A stretch of 64,000 bases of DNA from the NCBI GenBank assembly GCA_050873845.1, contig JBNMGC010000003.1, positions 607-64,606 of the forward strand, in the 5' to 3' direction. The translations under genes and the position numbers were made by a program. The notes beneath the pieces were generated by a model. It saw only the letters and a list, made by a program, of their open reading frames with translations, was not told where the DNA came from and made no database searches. Positions 19,888-29,950 of the stretch are shown here, in pieces (the first letter of the stretch is position 1; each line of letters starts with the position of its first letter). Source of the DNA: Alloprevotella sp. (lineage in GTDB: Bacteria > Bacteroidota > Bacteroidia > Bacteroidales > Bacteroidaceae).

Positions 19888-21870
19888 ATGCAGCAACCAT
19901 CTCCATCTGAGCAGGAAGCAACTCCCTTAGAGCAGCAATCAGACAAGCCCGATTGGCTCGCCATCTTGCGCCGTTATTGGGGCTATCCAGCCTTTCGCAG
20001 CATACAGCAGAGCGTCATCGAGAGCATAGCCTCGGGACACGACACGCTCGGCCTTATGCCTACTGGCGGTGGTAAGAGCATCACCTTTCAAGTGCCTACG
20101 ATGGCTATGGAGGGCATGTGCATCGTGGTCACCCCGCTCATTGCTCTCATGAAGGATCAAGTGCAGAACTTGCGCCGACGGGGTATACCTGCTGAGGCCG
20201 TCTATGCCGGAATGAGCCGAGCCGAGGTGGTGCAACGCCTTGACAATGCCATCTTCGGAGCTTACAAGTTCCTCTACGTTTCGCCAGAGCGCATAGCCAC
20301 TTCGCTCTTTCAAAGCAAACTCCGAGGCATGAAAGTGTGCCTTATCACGGTGGATGAGGCCCACTGCATCTCCCAATGGGGTTACGATTTTCGTCCACAC
20401 TATCTGCAGATAGCTCTGATTAGAGAACTGCTGCCGGGCGTTCCCGTGCTTGCCCTCACCGCCACTGCCACACCGCTTGTGGTGAATGATATTCAAGAAA
20501 AATTGGCTTTCCACCACGGACAAGTGTTTCGCATGAGCTTTGAGCGTCCTAATCTGCACTACATTGTGCGGCAAGCGGAGGACAAAATCAAAGAACTCGT
20601 ACACATCCTTCGTAGCGTGCCAGGCTCAGCCATTGTCTATACGCGCTCTCGAAAGCGAACCCGTGAGGTGGCTGAGATTCTCAATGAGTGTGGCCTCTCT
20701 GCACTCTATTATCATGCGGGCCTTACTTCGCTCGACAAGGATATGCGCCAACTCTCTTGGCAAACTGACGAGACCCGTGTCATGGTTGCTACCAATGCCT
20801 TTGGTATGGGCATCGATAAGCCCGACGTGCGATTGGTCGTACACATTGATGTGCCCGATTCGCTTGAAGCCTACTATCAAGAGGCAGGCCGCGGAGGGCG
20901 TGATGGCAAGGTAGCCTATGCCGTCCTACTCCACAATAGAAGCGATGTGCAGAAGCTAAGCACACGCATCTCGCAGACCTTTCCCGAGCGAAGCTACATA
21001 CGCCGCGTCTATTCCGACCTCGCTTCATTCTTTCAGATAGCTGAGGGCGATGCCGAAGGACGCACTTTCGACTTCGACATCGACCGTTTCTGTCGAGTGT
21101 TCAAACATTTCCCCATCATGTTGGTCAGCGCGCTCAATTTGCTCTCGAGGGCGGGCTATATACACTTTAGCATGGATGGCGAAACGGGATCGCGCATCAT
21201 GTTTCTCGTAAGGCGTGACGAACTCTACGGCATTGACTATCTTGATCCTCACGAAGAGCGTGTACTCAATGCTTTGCTGCGCACCCATTGTGGTTTCTTC
21301 TCCGACTACGTCCCCGTGGAGGAAGATCGCATAGCCGAGGAATGCCACTTGAGCCGTGAAGAGGTCTACGAAAAATTGCGCCACATGACCCAACTGCGTG
21401 TAGTCAACTATATTCCCGGAAAGAGTGTGCCTCAGATCACTTACATCAGTCGGCGCATTGATAGCGATCTGGTGGAAATATCGCCTGATATCTATGAGCA
21501 TCGTCTTGAGCAATACAAGGCTCGCATCAATGCCATGATAGGCTACTTCACGCAGACCGACATCTGCCGTAGCCGCTATCTCCTCCACTACTTTGCCGAC
21601 GAAGGCCCCGATTGCGGCTATTGCGACGTATGCATCAGTCGTGAGGAACACATTCATGGCCTCTCTCCCGAGCAGAAGGTGCAGTCGGCCGAGGCTTATT
21701 TGCTCGATTTCTTAGCCTCAATCCATCATGAGCAAGGCGCTGCGCATACTTGCTCTCTATCCCAATTGCACGAATCGGGCTATCCAGCCGAGATCCTCCA
21801 ACGCGCCATTGAACATCTCGTAGAGCAAGGAAAAATACGCTACGAGGGCATCACCCTCGAACTCTTGTAG
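19888..21870 (+). CDS. recQ: RecQ-family DNA helicase
   Basis: MPTGGGKS, VDEAHCISQWGYDFRP, ALTATAT, ATNAFGMGIDKPDVR, YYQEAGRGGRDG; C-terminal Cys cluster. Confidence 0.92.
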   Translation: MQQPSPSEQEATPLEQQSDKPDWLAILRRYWGYPAFRSIQQSVIESIASGHDTLGLMPTGGGKSITFQVPTMAMEGMCIVVTPLIALMKDQVQNLRRRGIPAEAVYAGMSRAEVVQRLDNAIFGAYKFLYVSPERIATSLFQSKLRGMKVCLITVDEAHCISQWGYDFRPHYLQIALIRELLPGVPVLALTATATPLVVNDIQEKLAFHHGQVFRMSFERPNLHYIVRQAEDKIKELVHILRSVPGSAIVYTRSRKRTREVAEILNECGLSALYYHAGLTSLDKDMRQLSWQTDETRVMVATNAFGMGIDKPDVRLVVHIDVPDSLEAYYQEAGRGGRDGKVAYAVLLHNRSDVQKLSTRISQTFPERSYIRRVYSDLASFFQIAEGDAEGRTFDFDIDRFCRVFKHFPIMLVSALNLLSRAGYIHFSMDGETGSRIMFLVRRDELYGIDYLDPHEERVLNALLRTHCGFFSDYVPVEEDRIAEECHLSREEVYEKLRHMTQLRVVNYIPGKSVPQITYISRRIDSDLVEISPDIYEHRLEQYKARINAMIGYFTQTDICRSRYLLHYFADEGPDCGYCDVCISREEHIHGLSPEQKVQSAEAYLLDFLASIHHEQGAAHTCSLSQLHESGYPAEILQRAIEHLVEQGKIRYEGITLELL

Positions 21871-21935
21871 ACCATATATAATATAAGAGCCAAGCTAACA
21901 AACGAAACTGTCTTAACAAACTAATCCATTCCCCT

Positions 21936-23462
21936 ATGCCTCATACTTACATAAGCATCAAGCAAGGCGTAACGCGCCATCCCGACTATCGTCTTGCAGC
22001 CCCCCTCGACTTTAGCCTTGAGGAAGGACAAACTATGGCCATCTGTGGCCGCAACGGAAGCGGCAAGTCTTTTCTGGTAGATATGCTTACAGGAGCGCAT
22101 CCACTGCTGGGCGATGCTGCCACCTACGACTTCGGTCCCGACACCGACCATCGTGTGAGCAGCAATGTGCGTCAGGTAAACTTCCGCGACGTCTATGGTG
22201 GCAACGAACCCGCCTACTATCAGCAGCGCTGGAATCAAGCCGATGAGCAAGTGTTTCCCACCGTCAATGAAGTGCTCAAGCAGGCATGTACGGCATGGGG
22301 CAGTGTAGGTGTGGAAAATGCTTCGCTGAGTGCCGAAGAGTCAGTGAGCAATGAGCATGTACAATCTGTTGATAACGACGGATTAGAGGGACTTCCCAAT
22401 GCCGACTTGCTACGCGAGATAGGCATTGCAGCCCATGGCGAGAAGCCCGTCAATCAGCTCTCGAGCGGAGAGTTGAGACGCTTGCAGATTGCGAAAATGC
22501 TGCTTTCGTGTCCCAAAGTCCTTATTATAGACAATCCTTATATAGGGCTTGATGTTGAGGCTCGTCAGATGCTCAACTCCGTGCTTAGTCGATTGGCAGA
22601 ACGCGTCACATTGGTGCTCGTTGTGAGTCGCAGCACAGACATACCCTCCTTCGTGCGAAGCGTCGTGAGCGTGCACGATAAGCGAGTAGATGCCCCTATC
22701 CGTTTGGAAGCCTATCAGCAGTCTTTGAGCGAGAGGGAATCTCCCGAAGAAAGTCTTCCATCCATGCCCCAAGACATCATGGACCATGCAACGTCGGAAT
22801 GCGTGATAGACTTCCGAAACATCTGCATCCGTTATGGCGAGCGCACCATCCTGCGCGATCTCAATTGGAAAGTGATGCGTGGCGAGCACTGGGCGCTTAT
22901 GGGCGAGAATGGTGCGGGTAAGTCCACACTCCTATCGCTCGTCTGTGCCGACAATCCGCAGGGCTATGCGTGCGACATCCGTCTCTTCGGACGCCAGCGA
23001 GGTCGCGGTGAGAGCATTTGGGACATCAAGCGCCACATAGGCTACGTATCGCCCGAAATCTTCTCGACCTACCGCAAAGACCTTCCCGCCATCGACATCG
23101 TAGCCAGTGGCTTGCGCGACACCATCGGCCTCTATAAGCGTGCCAACGCCGAGGAGCGTGAGCGCTGCATGGAGTGGATGCGCGTCTTTGGTGCAGAGAA
23201 TATAGCTGAGCGCAATTATATGAAACTCTCGTCGGGCGAACAGCGTCTCATCCTCCTTGTGCGAGCTTTCGTGAAGAGCCCCGATCTCCTCATCCTGGAC
23301 GAACCCTTCCATGGCCTCGACGATGGGCATCGCTTGCGTGCTCAGCACGTGATAGACCAATACATGCGCCAGAGCGAGAAGACGCTCATCATGGTGACAC
23401 ACTATGAAGACGAACTTCCTCAATGTATAGATCATCGTATAAAATTGACGAAGAATAAGTAA
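21936..23462 (+). CDS. ModF-like tandem ABC ATPase
   Basis: GRNGSGKS, LSSGELRR, IIDNPYIGLD; GENGAGKST, GESIWDIKRHIG, LSSGEQRL. Confidence 0.85.
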   Translation: MPHTYISIKQGVTRHPDYRLAAPLDFSLEEGQTMAICGRNGSGKSFLVDMLTGAHPLLGDAATYDFGPDTDHRVSSNVRQVNFRDVYGGNEPAYYQQRWNQADEQVFPTVNEVLKQACTAWGSVGVENASLSAEESVSNEHVQSVDNDGLEGLPNADLLREIGIAAHGEKPVNQLSSGELRRLQIAKMLLSCPKVLIIDNPYIGLDVEARQMLNSVLSRLAERVTLVLVVSRSTDIPSFVRSVVSVHDKRVDAPIRLEAYQQSLSERESPEESLPSMPQDIMDHATSECVIDFRNICIRYGERTILRDLNWKVMRGEHWALMGENGAGKSTLLSLVCADNPQGYACDIRLFGRQRGRGESIWDIKRHIGYVSPEIFSTYRKDLPAIDIVASGLRDTIGLYKRANAEERERCMEWMRVFGAENIAERNYMKLSSGEQRLILLVRAFVKSPDLLILDEPFHGLDDGHRLRAQHVIDQYMRQSEKTLIMVTHYEDELPQCIDHRIKLTKNK

Positions 23463-23553
23463 TTTATCCGCCCTTTCTCTTCTTTCTCTGCCATATATTT
23501 TATACATTTGCAAGCATAACCTTATGTTTTATAAGCAAAAAGACAAAACGCTT

Positions 23554-24750
23554 ATGCTCACACTCGACCTCATATATAAGGCGTCTACCGTGTTGAAAGA
23601 CGTGGTGCGCCGCACGCAGCTCATACCGACGCAGAAGATCAATCCCGAAGCCAACGTGTTCCTCAAGCCTGAAAACCTGCAAGTGACAGGTTCGTTCAAG
23701 GTGCGCGGAGCAGGATTTAAGATTTCTCAGCTCACCGAAGAAGAGAAGCAGCACGGCGTGATAGCCTGTTCGGCAGGCAACCATGCACAGGGCGTGGCGC
23801 TCGCAGCACGTCGCTACGGCATACCCGCCCTTATCTGCATGCCCTCGGGAGCTCCCATCTCGAAGGTAGAAGCCACTCGCGAGATGGGTGCAGAAGTATG
23901 CCTCGTGCCCGGTGTCTACGACGATGCCTATGCACGCGCCATGCAGCTCAACGAGGAGAAACACATGACCTTCATCCACCCCTTCGACGACGAACAGGTA
24001 ATAGCCGGACAAGGCACGGTGGGCATGGAAATCCTTAATGAAAATCCCGACATCGACGTCATCTTCGTGCCCATCGGTGGTGGTGGCTTGGCAAGCGGTG
24101 TGGCCTATGCCGTGAAGTCGTTGAAGCCCTCCGTCAGAGTGGTAGGTGTGCAAGCACAGGGCGCACCCAGCATGCTTAATAGTGTAGACCACAACCAGAT
24201 CGAGACTCTCACCAACGTATTGACCATTGCCGACGGCATCGCCGTGAAAGAGCCCGGTGTGCATACATTTGAATACTGCCAACAGTACATCGACGACATC
24301 GTGAGCGTCACCGAAGACGAGATCTGTGCAGCCATCCTCGCTCTCATTGAGCAGCACAAGCTCATTGCCGAGGGTGCAGGCGCTGTGAGCGTGGCCGCAG
24401 CCATGTTCAACAAGGTAGATATCAAGGGTAAGAACGTATGCTGCATCGTGAGCGGTGGTAATATCGACGTGACCATCCTGAGCCGTGTGATCAATCGCGG
24501 ACTTATGAAGGGCGGCCGCACCACGGAGATGCTCATCGAGATGGCTGACCGCCCGGGCTCATTGCTCGGTCTGTGTCAAGTAATCTGCAAGCATGGAGCC
24601 AACATCATCTCTATCCACCACGAACGCAACGGCGAAAGCCCCGACGTCAACTCTTGCAACCTGCGCATGGTGCTCGAGACGCGCGATCAGAAGCACATCG
24701 ACGAGCTCCACGAGGGTATAGAAGCCGCAGGCTACAGTATCCTCTCTTAA
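23554..24750 (+). CDS. ilvA: Threonine ammonia-lyase with a single C-terminal ACT domain
   Basis: KPENLQVTGSFKVRGA (PLP lysine), SAGNHAQG, HPFDD and PIGGGGL motifs; second ATG preferred. Confidence 0.92.
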   Translation: MLTLDLIYKASTVLKDVVRRTQLIPTQKINPEANVFLKPENLQVTGSFKVRGAGFKISQLTEEEKQHGVIACSAGNHAQGVALAARRYGIPALICMPSGAPISKVEATREMGAEVCLVPGVYDDAYARAMQLNEEKHMTFIHPFDDEQVIAGQGTVGMEILNENPDIDVIFVPIGGGGLASGVAYAVKSLKPSVRVVGVQAQGAPSMLNSVDHNQIETLTNVLTIADGIAVKEPGVHTFEYCQQYIDDIVSVTEDEICAAILALIEQHKLIAEGAGAVSVAAAMFNKVDIKGKNVCCIVSGGNIDVTILSRVINRGLMKGGRTTEMLIEMADRPGSLLGLCQVICKHGANIISIHHERNGESPDVNSCNLRMVLETRDQKHIDELHEGIEAAGYSILS

Positions 24751-24781
24751 GAAAAGAAAGCCGCTATAAGGAAATATGGCA

Positions 24782-24829
24782 GTCCCCCTCTATCAGTTTA
24801 CTACAAAGTACTGGTGAGGGGGACATTTT
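24782..24829 (+). terminator. Intrinsic terminator after ilvA
   Basis: GTCCCCCTC...GAGGGGGAC stem followed by ATTTT. Confidence 0.65.
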
Positions 24830-24861
24830 CGTAAAAGAAAGTCTTACCTTTGCACTATCTT

Positions 24862-25035
24862 ACGCGTTGGCGGAATTAGTAAACAAGTTGACAAGTTAAC
24901 GGGTTAACAGGTAAGTTTGCAAAGCCCTTTAAGCTTTTTGTCATTCTGACTTTAACATAATAAGTGGTGTATAGCATACTTACTTGTTAACCTGTCAACT
25001 TGTTAGCCCGTTAACCCGAAATTCCGCCAATGGGT
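24862..25035 (-). mobile_element. MITE copy 2 (inverted) with 6-bp target duplication
   Basis: TATCTT at 24856-24861 and 25036-25041 flanking ACGCGTTGGCGGAATT ... AATTCCGCCAATGGGT. Confidence 0.85.
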
Positions 25036-25070
25036 TATCTTGATAAAAGAAAGAAGAAACGAATCCTATC

Positions 25071-25967
25071 ATGTTAGCATATCTCATCTCAGCCTATTGC
25101 GATCCCGACCACGTGAAGCAACTCATCGAAGCGCTCGACGTGGATGCCGACTTCTACGTACACATCGATGCCCGTGTAGACGACGGCCCCTTCCGCCGCC
25201 TACTACCCGATAAGGTGCACTTCGTTGAGCGTCACCCCGTGAGTTGGGGGGGCTATGAGCAGGTGGAGTATCAGATGGAGTTACTCCGTGCTGCCGTCAG
25301 TAGCGGTCGGACCTACAGCCACTTGGTGTGCTTGAGCGGTCAGGACTATCCGCTGTGGAGCAACCGCCGCATACACGACTTCTTCGCCCAGCATCCCCAC
25401 GGCGAGTTTATCGGTGGCTACGATCTGACGCGTACTGATAGCAAGGCGCAGCTCCAAAAGATCACCCACTATCATCCCTTCCGCGACCTGCAGTGGAAGA
25501 ATCTTTGGCTAAAGAATAAACTCATCGTAGCTTCGCGTCACGTACTCTCCTTCTTAGGTTTTCGCCGTGCGCCGCAGGTGCGCATCAATGGCATGCTGCG
25601 CGATGTCTACTTCGGGTCGGACTATTGGGCCATCACCCTCGACTGTGCCCGCTACGTGCTTCGCACCATGAAGCAAAATCCCAGTATTGAGCGCTACTTT
25701 CGCACCGTATACGTGCCCAGCGAGCTCTGTATGCAGACCCTCGTGTACAACTCTCCCTTTGGCCGTAATGCCATGCTCATGAAAGGCCACTTCCCAGGCT
25801 TAGCCCAACTCACGCCGCTGCATTACATCTTCTATCAAGGAGCGGTGAAGCACCTTACCATCGACGATTGGCAGATGCTCTGCGAGAGCGACAAGATGTT
25901 TTGCCGCAAGGTCGTCTCGGGCACGTCAGACGAACTTGTCTGTGAGATCAATCAAGCTAGGAGGTAG
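25071..25967 (+). CDS. Core-2/I-branching (GT14-like) glycosyltransferase
   Basis: AYLISAY, FYVHID, VSWGG, LSGQDYPL, FGSDYW and FCRK motifs. Confidence 0.87.
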   Translation: MLAYLISAYCDPDHVKQLIEALDVDADFYVHIDARVDDGPFRRLLPDKVHFVERHPVSWGGYEQVEYQMELLRAAVSSGRTYSHLVCLSGQDYPLWSNRRIHDFFAQHPHGEFIGGYDLTRTDSKAQLQKITHYHPFRDLQWKNLWLKNKLIVASRHVLSFLGFRRAPQVRINGMLRDVYFGSDYWAITLDCARYVLRTMKQNPSIERYFRTVYVPSELCMQTLVYNSPFGRNAMLMKGHFPGLAQLTPLHYIFYQGAVKHLTIDDWQMLCESDKMFCRKVVSGTSDELVCEINQARR

Positions 25968-25985
25968 TGAATAATATAAGATTCT

Positions 25986-26241
25986 GTGGGCGACGCGTCT
26001 CGCGTCGGCATAGCAAGGAATCAAGAGGTGAGTTCAAAGGAAGTGGGGGCGAAGCGTCTCGCTTCGGCGCGTTGCTGAGGGTTCAATGCCCGAGGCAACG
26101 TAAAACTTCAGTCAAGCTTCGGCATTGAGCCTCGCTTGCCTGGCCGAAGCGAGACGCTTCGCCCCCATTTCCTATGAATTCACTGCTTGTCCGTTATATG
26201 AGTGAGCTACTGTTGATGCCGACGCGAGACGCGTCGCCCAC
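25986..26241. repeat. Nested REP foldback A-B-B'-A'
   Basis: A arm 25986, B arm 26043, B' arm 26143, A' arm 26218. Confidence 0.9.
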
Positions 26242-26273
26242 GGTATTGGCTGTTAGTTAGTATTGGCAGAATG

Positions 26274-26314
26274 CTGCAAGAATGTAATACTTAATACTTT
26301 ATACTTAATACTTT
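26274..26314 (+). repeat. 41-bp AT-rich heptamer repeat, exact inverted partner of 29840-29880
   Basis: CTGCAAGAATGTAATACTTAATACTTTATACTTAATACTTT. Confidence 0.9.
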
Positions 26315-26318
26315 CTAT

Positions 26319-27662
26319 TTAATGCTTAGCCCCTTTCATCTCTCGAAAAGCACTCCAGGCAATGGGCGCACAGATGCAGAAGGAACAAACGTCGCTCACT
26401 GCTTGACACATCTCTACGCCCAATAATCCCCAAAACTGAGGCAGTAGCCATACGAGGGGAATGAAGAAAAGTCCGCTACGCGCCGCCGCAACGAGGTTGG
26501 CACGGATGGGCTTACGGATGGTCTGCATGAGCATGTTGGTAAGTCCTATTGTGGGCAACAGGATAAACGTGACCATCTGCCACCGCAGTGCCACCACGCC
26601 CACTGCTACCACCTCAGAGTCGTCGCGGAAGAGCCTTACAATCTCTTCGGGGAAGCAGAATCCCAATATGGCACACACGGTCAGAAAAATCGTGCCCACA
26701 CGGATGCAGTAGAGGAATCCCTCCTTCACGCGGCTGTAAAGTCCCGCTCCGTAGCAGAATCCGCAGAGCGGCTGAAAGCCCTGTCCCAAACCGATGATGG
26801 CGGCAAACACGAAGAAGCATACCCTTGTCACGATGCTCATGCCCGCAATGGCTGCATCGCCGCCATAGGTGCCTGCTGCCACATTGAGCGCAAGCGTGGA
26901 GAGGGCAGCAAGTCCTTGGCGCGAGAGCGAGGGCGTGCCGCCGAAGATGATCTCTTTGACCAGCGTGAGGCGAGGTGAAAAGTTGCGAGGGTTGATGCGA
27001 ATGCCCCCATTCATGCGCGTCATGTAGAGCAGAATACCGAAACTGCACATTTGACTCACCACCGTAGCCCATGCTGCGCCGCGAATGCCCAGTCCGAGTC
27101 CGAAGATGAGCAGAGGGTCGAGTGCCACGTTGAGCACGGCTCCCGTCAGAATGCCCACCATGGCAAAGGCGGCATTGCCCTGGAAACGCATCTGATTGTT
27201 CATCGTGAGCGAAGCCGTCATGAAGGGTGCGCCCAGCAGCACCGTACCGAGATAGTCCTCAGTATAGGGCAGGATGGTCGGGGTGGAGCCAAGCCAGGTG
27301 GCAAGGTCGGTCAGGAAAAAGTGCCCCAAGATAGCTATGATGATGCCAAACGTGAGGCTATAGCAGAAGCCTGTGGCTGACATCGTGCGTGCTTCCTCAG
27401 CGTGTCGAGCACCGAGTTTGCGCGACATGTAGTTGCCCGACCCGTGACCGAAGAAAAATCCCGTGGCTTGAATCACCGACATGACGGAGAATACGATACC
27501 CACCGCCGCTGTACACTGCGTGTTGATCTGACTCACAAAGAAGGTGTCGGCCATGTTGTAGAGACTCGTCACCAACATAGAGATGATGGTGGGGAGCGCC
27601 ATGGTCAGTATCACCCGGTGTACGGGGGCTTGCGTGAGGAATGTATAGTTGTCTCGTTTCAT
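26319..27662 (-). CDS. MATE family efflux transporter
   Basis: ALPTIISMLVTSLYNMADTFFV, NVALDPLLIFGLGLGIRGAAWAT and GLGQGFQP motifs; start moved to MKRDNY. Confidence 0.92.
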   Translation of the reverse strand: MKRDNYTFLTQAPVHRVILTMALPTIISMLVTSLYNMADTFFVSQINTQCTAAVGIVFSVMSVIQATGFFFGHGSGNYMSRKLGARHAEEARTMSATGFCYSLTFGIIIAILGHFFLTDLATWLGSTPTILPYTEDYLGTVLLGAPFMTASLTMNNQMRFQGNAAFAMVGILTGAVLNVALDPLLIFGLGLGIRGAAWATVVSQMCSFGILLYMTRMNGGIRINPRNFSPRLTLVKEIIFGGTPSLSRQGLAALSTLALNVAAGTYGGDAAIAGMSIVTRVCFFVFAAIIGLGQGFQPLCGFCYGAGLYSRVKEGFLYCIRVGTIFLTVCAILGFCFPEEIVRLFRDDSEVVAVGVVALRWQMVTFILLPTIGLTNMLMQTIRKPIRANLVAAARSGLFFIPLVWLLPQFWGLLGVEMCQAVSDVCSFCICAPIAWSAFREMKGAKH

Positions 27663-27667
27663 GAAGT

Positions 27668-28163
27668 CTCGCGCGTACGCGCGTATACAGTCGATTTTGG
27701 GGTGGATTATTTGTCTTGCTTGCACTCTTCTGCTGAAAATGTCTGAGAGTCAAGCTGTTGTGGAGTGTAGGCAATGTTAGTTTGCCTGCACTTTTTCTTG
27801 CACTCGTCCGTCACAGGTGGTATTTCGCTCAGAGGAGAAGGGGAAAATTTCCCCTCCTTGCAGTAAAATCTCTTCCGTGGGATAATTTTTTCTCTTCCAT
27901 GGGGAAATTTTTTCTTTACCAATGGATCATTTTCTCCGTGGCATACGTAGATCTTTCGAAAACTTCGGCAGAAATCATCGCGAGCGATCTAATGGGAAAA
28001 GGTGAGGAGTGTAAGCAAAAGTGCAAGCAAAGTGTAGGTAAATAATCCCTGCTTGCACTCGTGAGCGCATTGAATATCAATGAATTCTGTAAATATAGTG
28101 ACGGCAGTGAAGCTTTTGCATGGTGAAATAGCATGTGGCGCGCACGCGTATGCACGCGCGAGG
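27668..28163. repeat. Large degenerate foldback element (copy 2)
   Basis: CGCG-rich ends; TTGCCTGCACTTTTTCTTGCAC opposite GTAAGCAAAAGTGCAAGCAAAGTGTAGG; core units at 27873, 27895, 27917. Confidence 0.7.
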
Positions 28164-28180
28164 TGAGGCCCTTCACCCAG

Positions 28181-28445
28181 TTCCGTGGGCGACGCGTCCC
28201 GCGTCGGCGTTGCAAAAGATCAAGAGGTAAGTTCATAGGAAGTGGGGGCGAAGCGTCTCGCTTCGGCGCGCCGTCGAAGGGCTCGAAGCCCGAGATGGCG
28301 CAAGGACTATGTTAAGGATTATTGCCACGCTTCGGCATTGAGCCTCGCGTGTCAAGCCGAAGCGAGACGCTTCGCCCCCACTTCCTATGAACTCCCCTCT
28401 TAAACTGTTGCCATGCCGACGCGGGGACGCGTCGCCCACGGGAAT
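28181..28445. repeat. Nested REP foldback A-B-B'-A'
   Basis: GTGGGCGACGCGTCCCGCGTCGGC at 28185, B arms at about 28242 and 28356, A' arm ending 28439. Confidence 0.9.
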
Positions 28446-28474
28446 GGATGAATCGTGGCGGCCTCGGGGGGGGC

Positions 28475-29833
28475 TTATCCTCTCTTCACATCAATCACCT
28501 GGCCTGTATAGTCTGCCAGGAGGCAGCGCACGGTAGCGTCGGCCACCACTTCTGAGCGGAGCAACGTATCGTCGGGCTCAATGCCAAAGTTCTTGATGCG
28601 CATGGGCGTCTTGGTGCGCTCGGGGTTGATACAATTTACGCGGATACCCACCGTGTCCCATTCCTGAGCAATGGCCTGCACAAAGTTGACGATGGCAGCC
28701 TTCGTAGACGAGTAGATGCTGTAGAAAGCACGGCCGCGCGTATAACTGCTCGAGGTGAAGAATACCAACTGCCCCTTGCTCTCCTTCAAGTAGTTGTAAG
28801 CCTCAAGAGCCACGTTGACCGTGCCCATATAGTTGGTCTGCACGGCAGCCTGTATGATGCCGTAGTCCATGGCGCAAAGCGGCTCCTTGTTGAGCACACC
28901 AGCGGTGTTGACCACGAAGTCGATCTGCTGTTCCTTATCAGCCACCTCCTTGAGCGCACGCGCCACATCCTTGCGGTTGCCCACGTCGGTGCCTGTGAGC
29001 GAACGCGAGAAGCTATGCACGTGGGCACCTGCTTCGCGAAGCTCCGTGGCAATGTCCTTGCCTATGCCGTAAGAACCACCAAAGATGACTGCCACCTTGC
29101 CCTGTAAGCGCGTGCGGTCCACTGCCTCGGGGGCTTCAGAACCGCGCAACTGGAAGAGCTTGTCGAGCAGGAAGGTATCCTCCTTATAAGTAAGCTTCAT
29201 GTTGCTCTCCTCACCCGCTACGAGGTGGACGGGCACTTCGGGCATGTATTTCACCACCACGCCACAGTCGTCGGTCACCTTGAAGTCGGGGTCCTTGAAC
29301 GCCCGCTTATAGGCTTCGCTGATCACCGAGAGGCGGAAGGCCTGTGGTGTCTGACCACGCTGCAAGCGTGAGCGGTCGGGGATGGAGCAGATGTGGTCGC
29401 CTTCGGCTTCGATGATGGTATCGACAGCGGGCACGGTCACGTCGATGGCCTCGTAGGTGTGGAGTGCTTCGCACACGTCGTCGATGATGCGGTGCGACAC
29501 GAGCGGACGCACAGCGTCGTGGAAGATGAGGTTTACTTCCTCGCCGCCCTCATAAGCATGGATGGCAGAGAGGCTGGAGTCGTAGCGCTCGCGTCCGCCC
29601 TTGAGAATCTTCTTCACCTTGGTCCAACCGTTGCGCAAGACGATGTTTTCCACGTCGGACACGTAGACGGGGTTGGACACAATGGCTATTTCGTCGATAT
29701 GGGGATTATGTTCGAAGGTGTCGAGCGTATGCTCAATGACCATTTTACCAGCTACCTTAAAGAACTGTTTCGGAGTGCTGAGGCCCAAGCGGCTTCCTAC
29801 ACCGCCGGCCAGCACGATGGCTATGTTGCGCAT
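28475..29833 (-). CDS. Bifunctional IspD/TarI-type cytidylyltransferase fused to an SDR reductase (Bcs1-like CDP-alditol synthase)
   Basis: LAGGVGSR..PKQF, HDAVRP, QTPQAF, TDD and KLTYKED, then FGGSYGIG, NTAG and YSSTK. Confidence 0.88.
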   Translation of the reverse strand: MRNIAIVLAGGVGSRLGLSTPKQFFKVAGKMVIEHTLDTFEHNPHIDEIAIVSNPVYVSDVENIVLRNGWTKVKKILKGGRERYDSSLSAIHAYEGGEEVNLIFHDAVRPLVSHRIIDDVCEALHTYEAIDVTVPAVDTIIEAEGDHICSIPDRSRLQRGQTPQAFRLSVISEAYKRAFKDPDFKVTDDCGVVVKYMPEVPVHLVAGEESNMKLTYKEDTFLLDKLFQLRGSEAPEAVDRTRLQGKVAVIFGGSYGIGKDIATELREAGAHVHSFSRSLTGTDVGNRKDVARALKEVADKEQQIDFVVNTAGVLNKEPLCAMDYGIIQAAVQTNYMGTVNVALEAYNYLKESKGQLVFFTSSSYTRGRAFYSIYSSTKAAIVNFVQAIAQEWDTVGIRVNCINPERTKTPMRIKNFGIEPDDTLLRSEVVADATVRCLLADYTGQVIDVKRG

Positions 29834-29839
29834 CTTTAT

Positions 29840-29880
29840 AAAGTATTAAGTATAAAGTATTAAGTATTACATTCTTGCAG
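29840..29880 (-). repeat. 41-bp inverted partner of 26274-26314
   Basis: AAAGTATTAAGTATAAAGTATTAAGTATTACATTCTTGCAG. Confidence 0.9.
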
Positions 29881-29950
29881 ATCTCAGCCAATACGGGGGG
29901 GGGCGGCGCGTTCTCGCGTCGGCATTGCCATAGTAGCAAATAGAAGCGGG

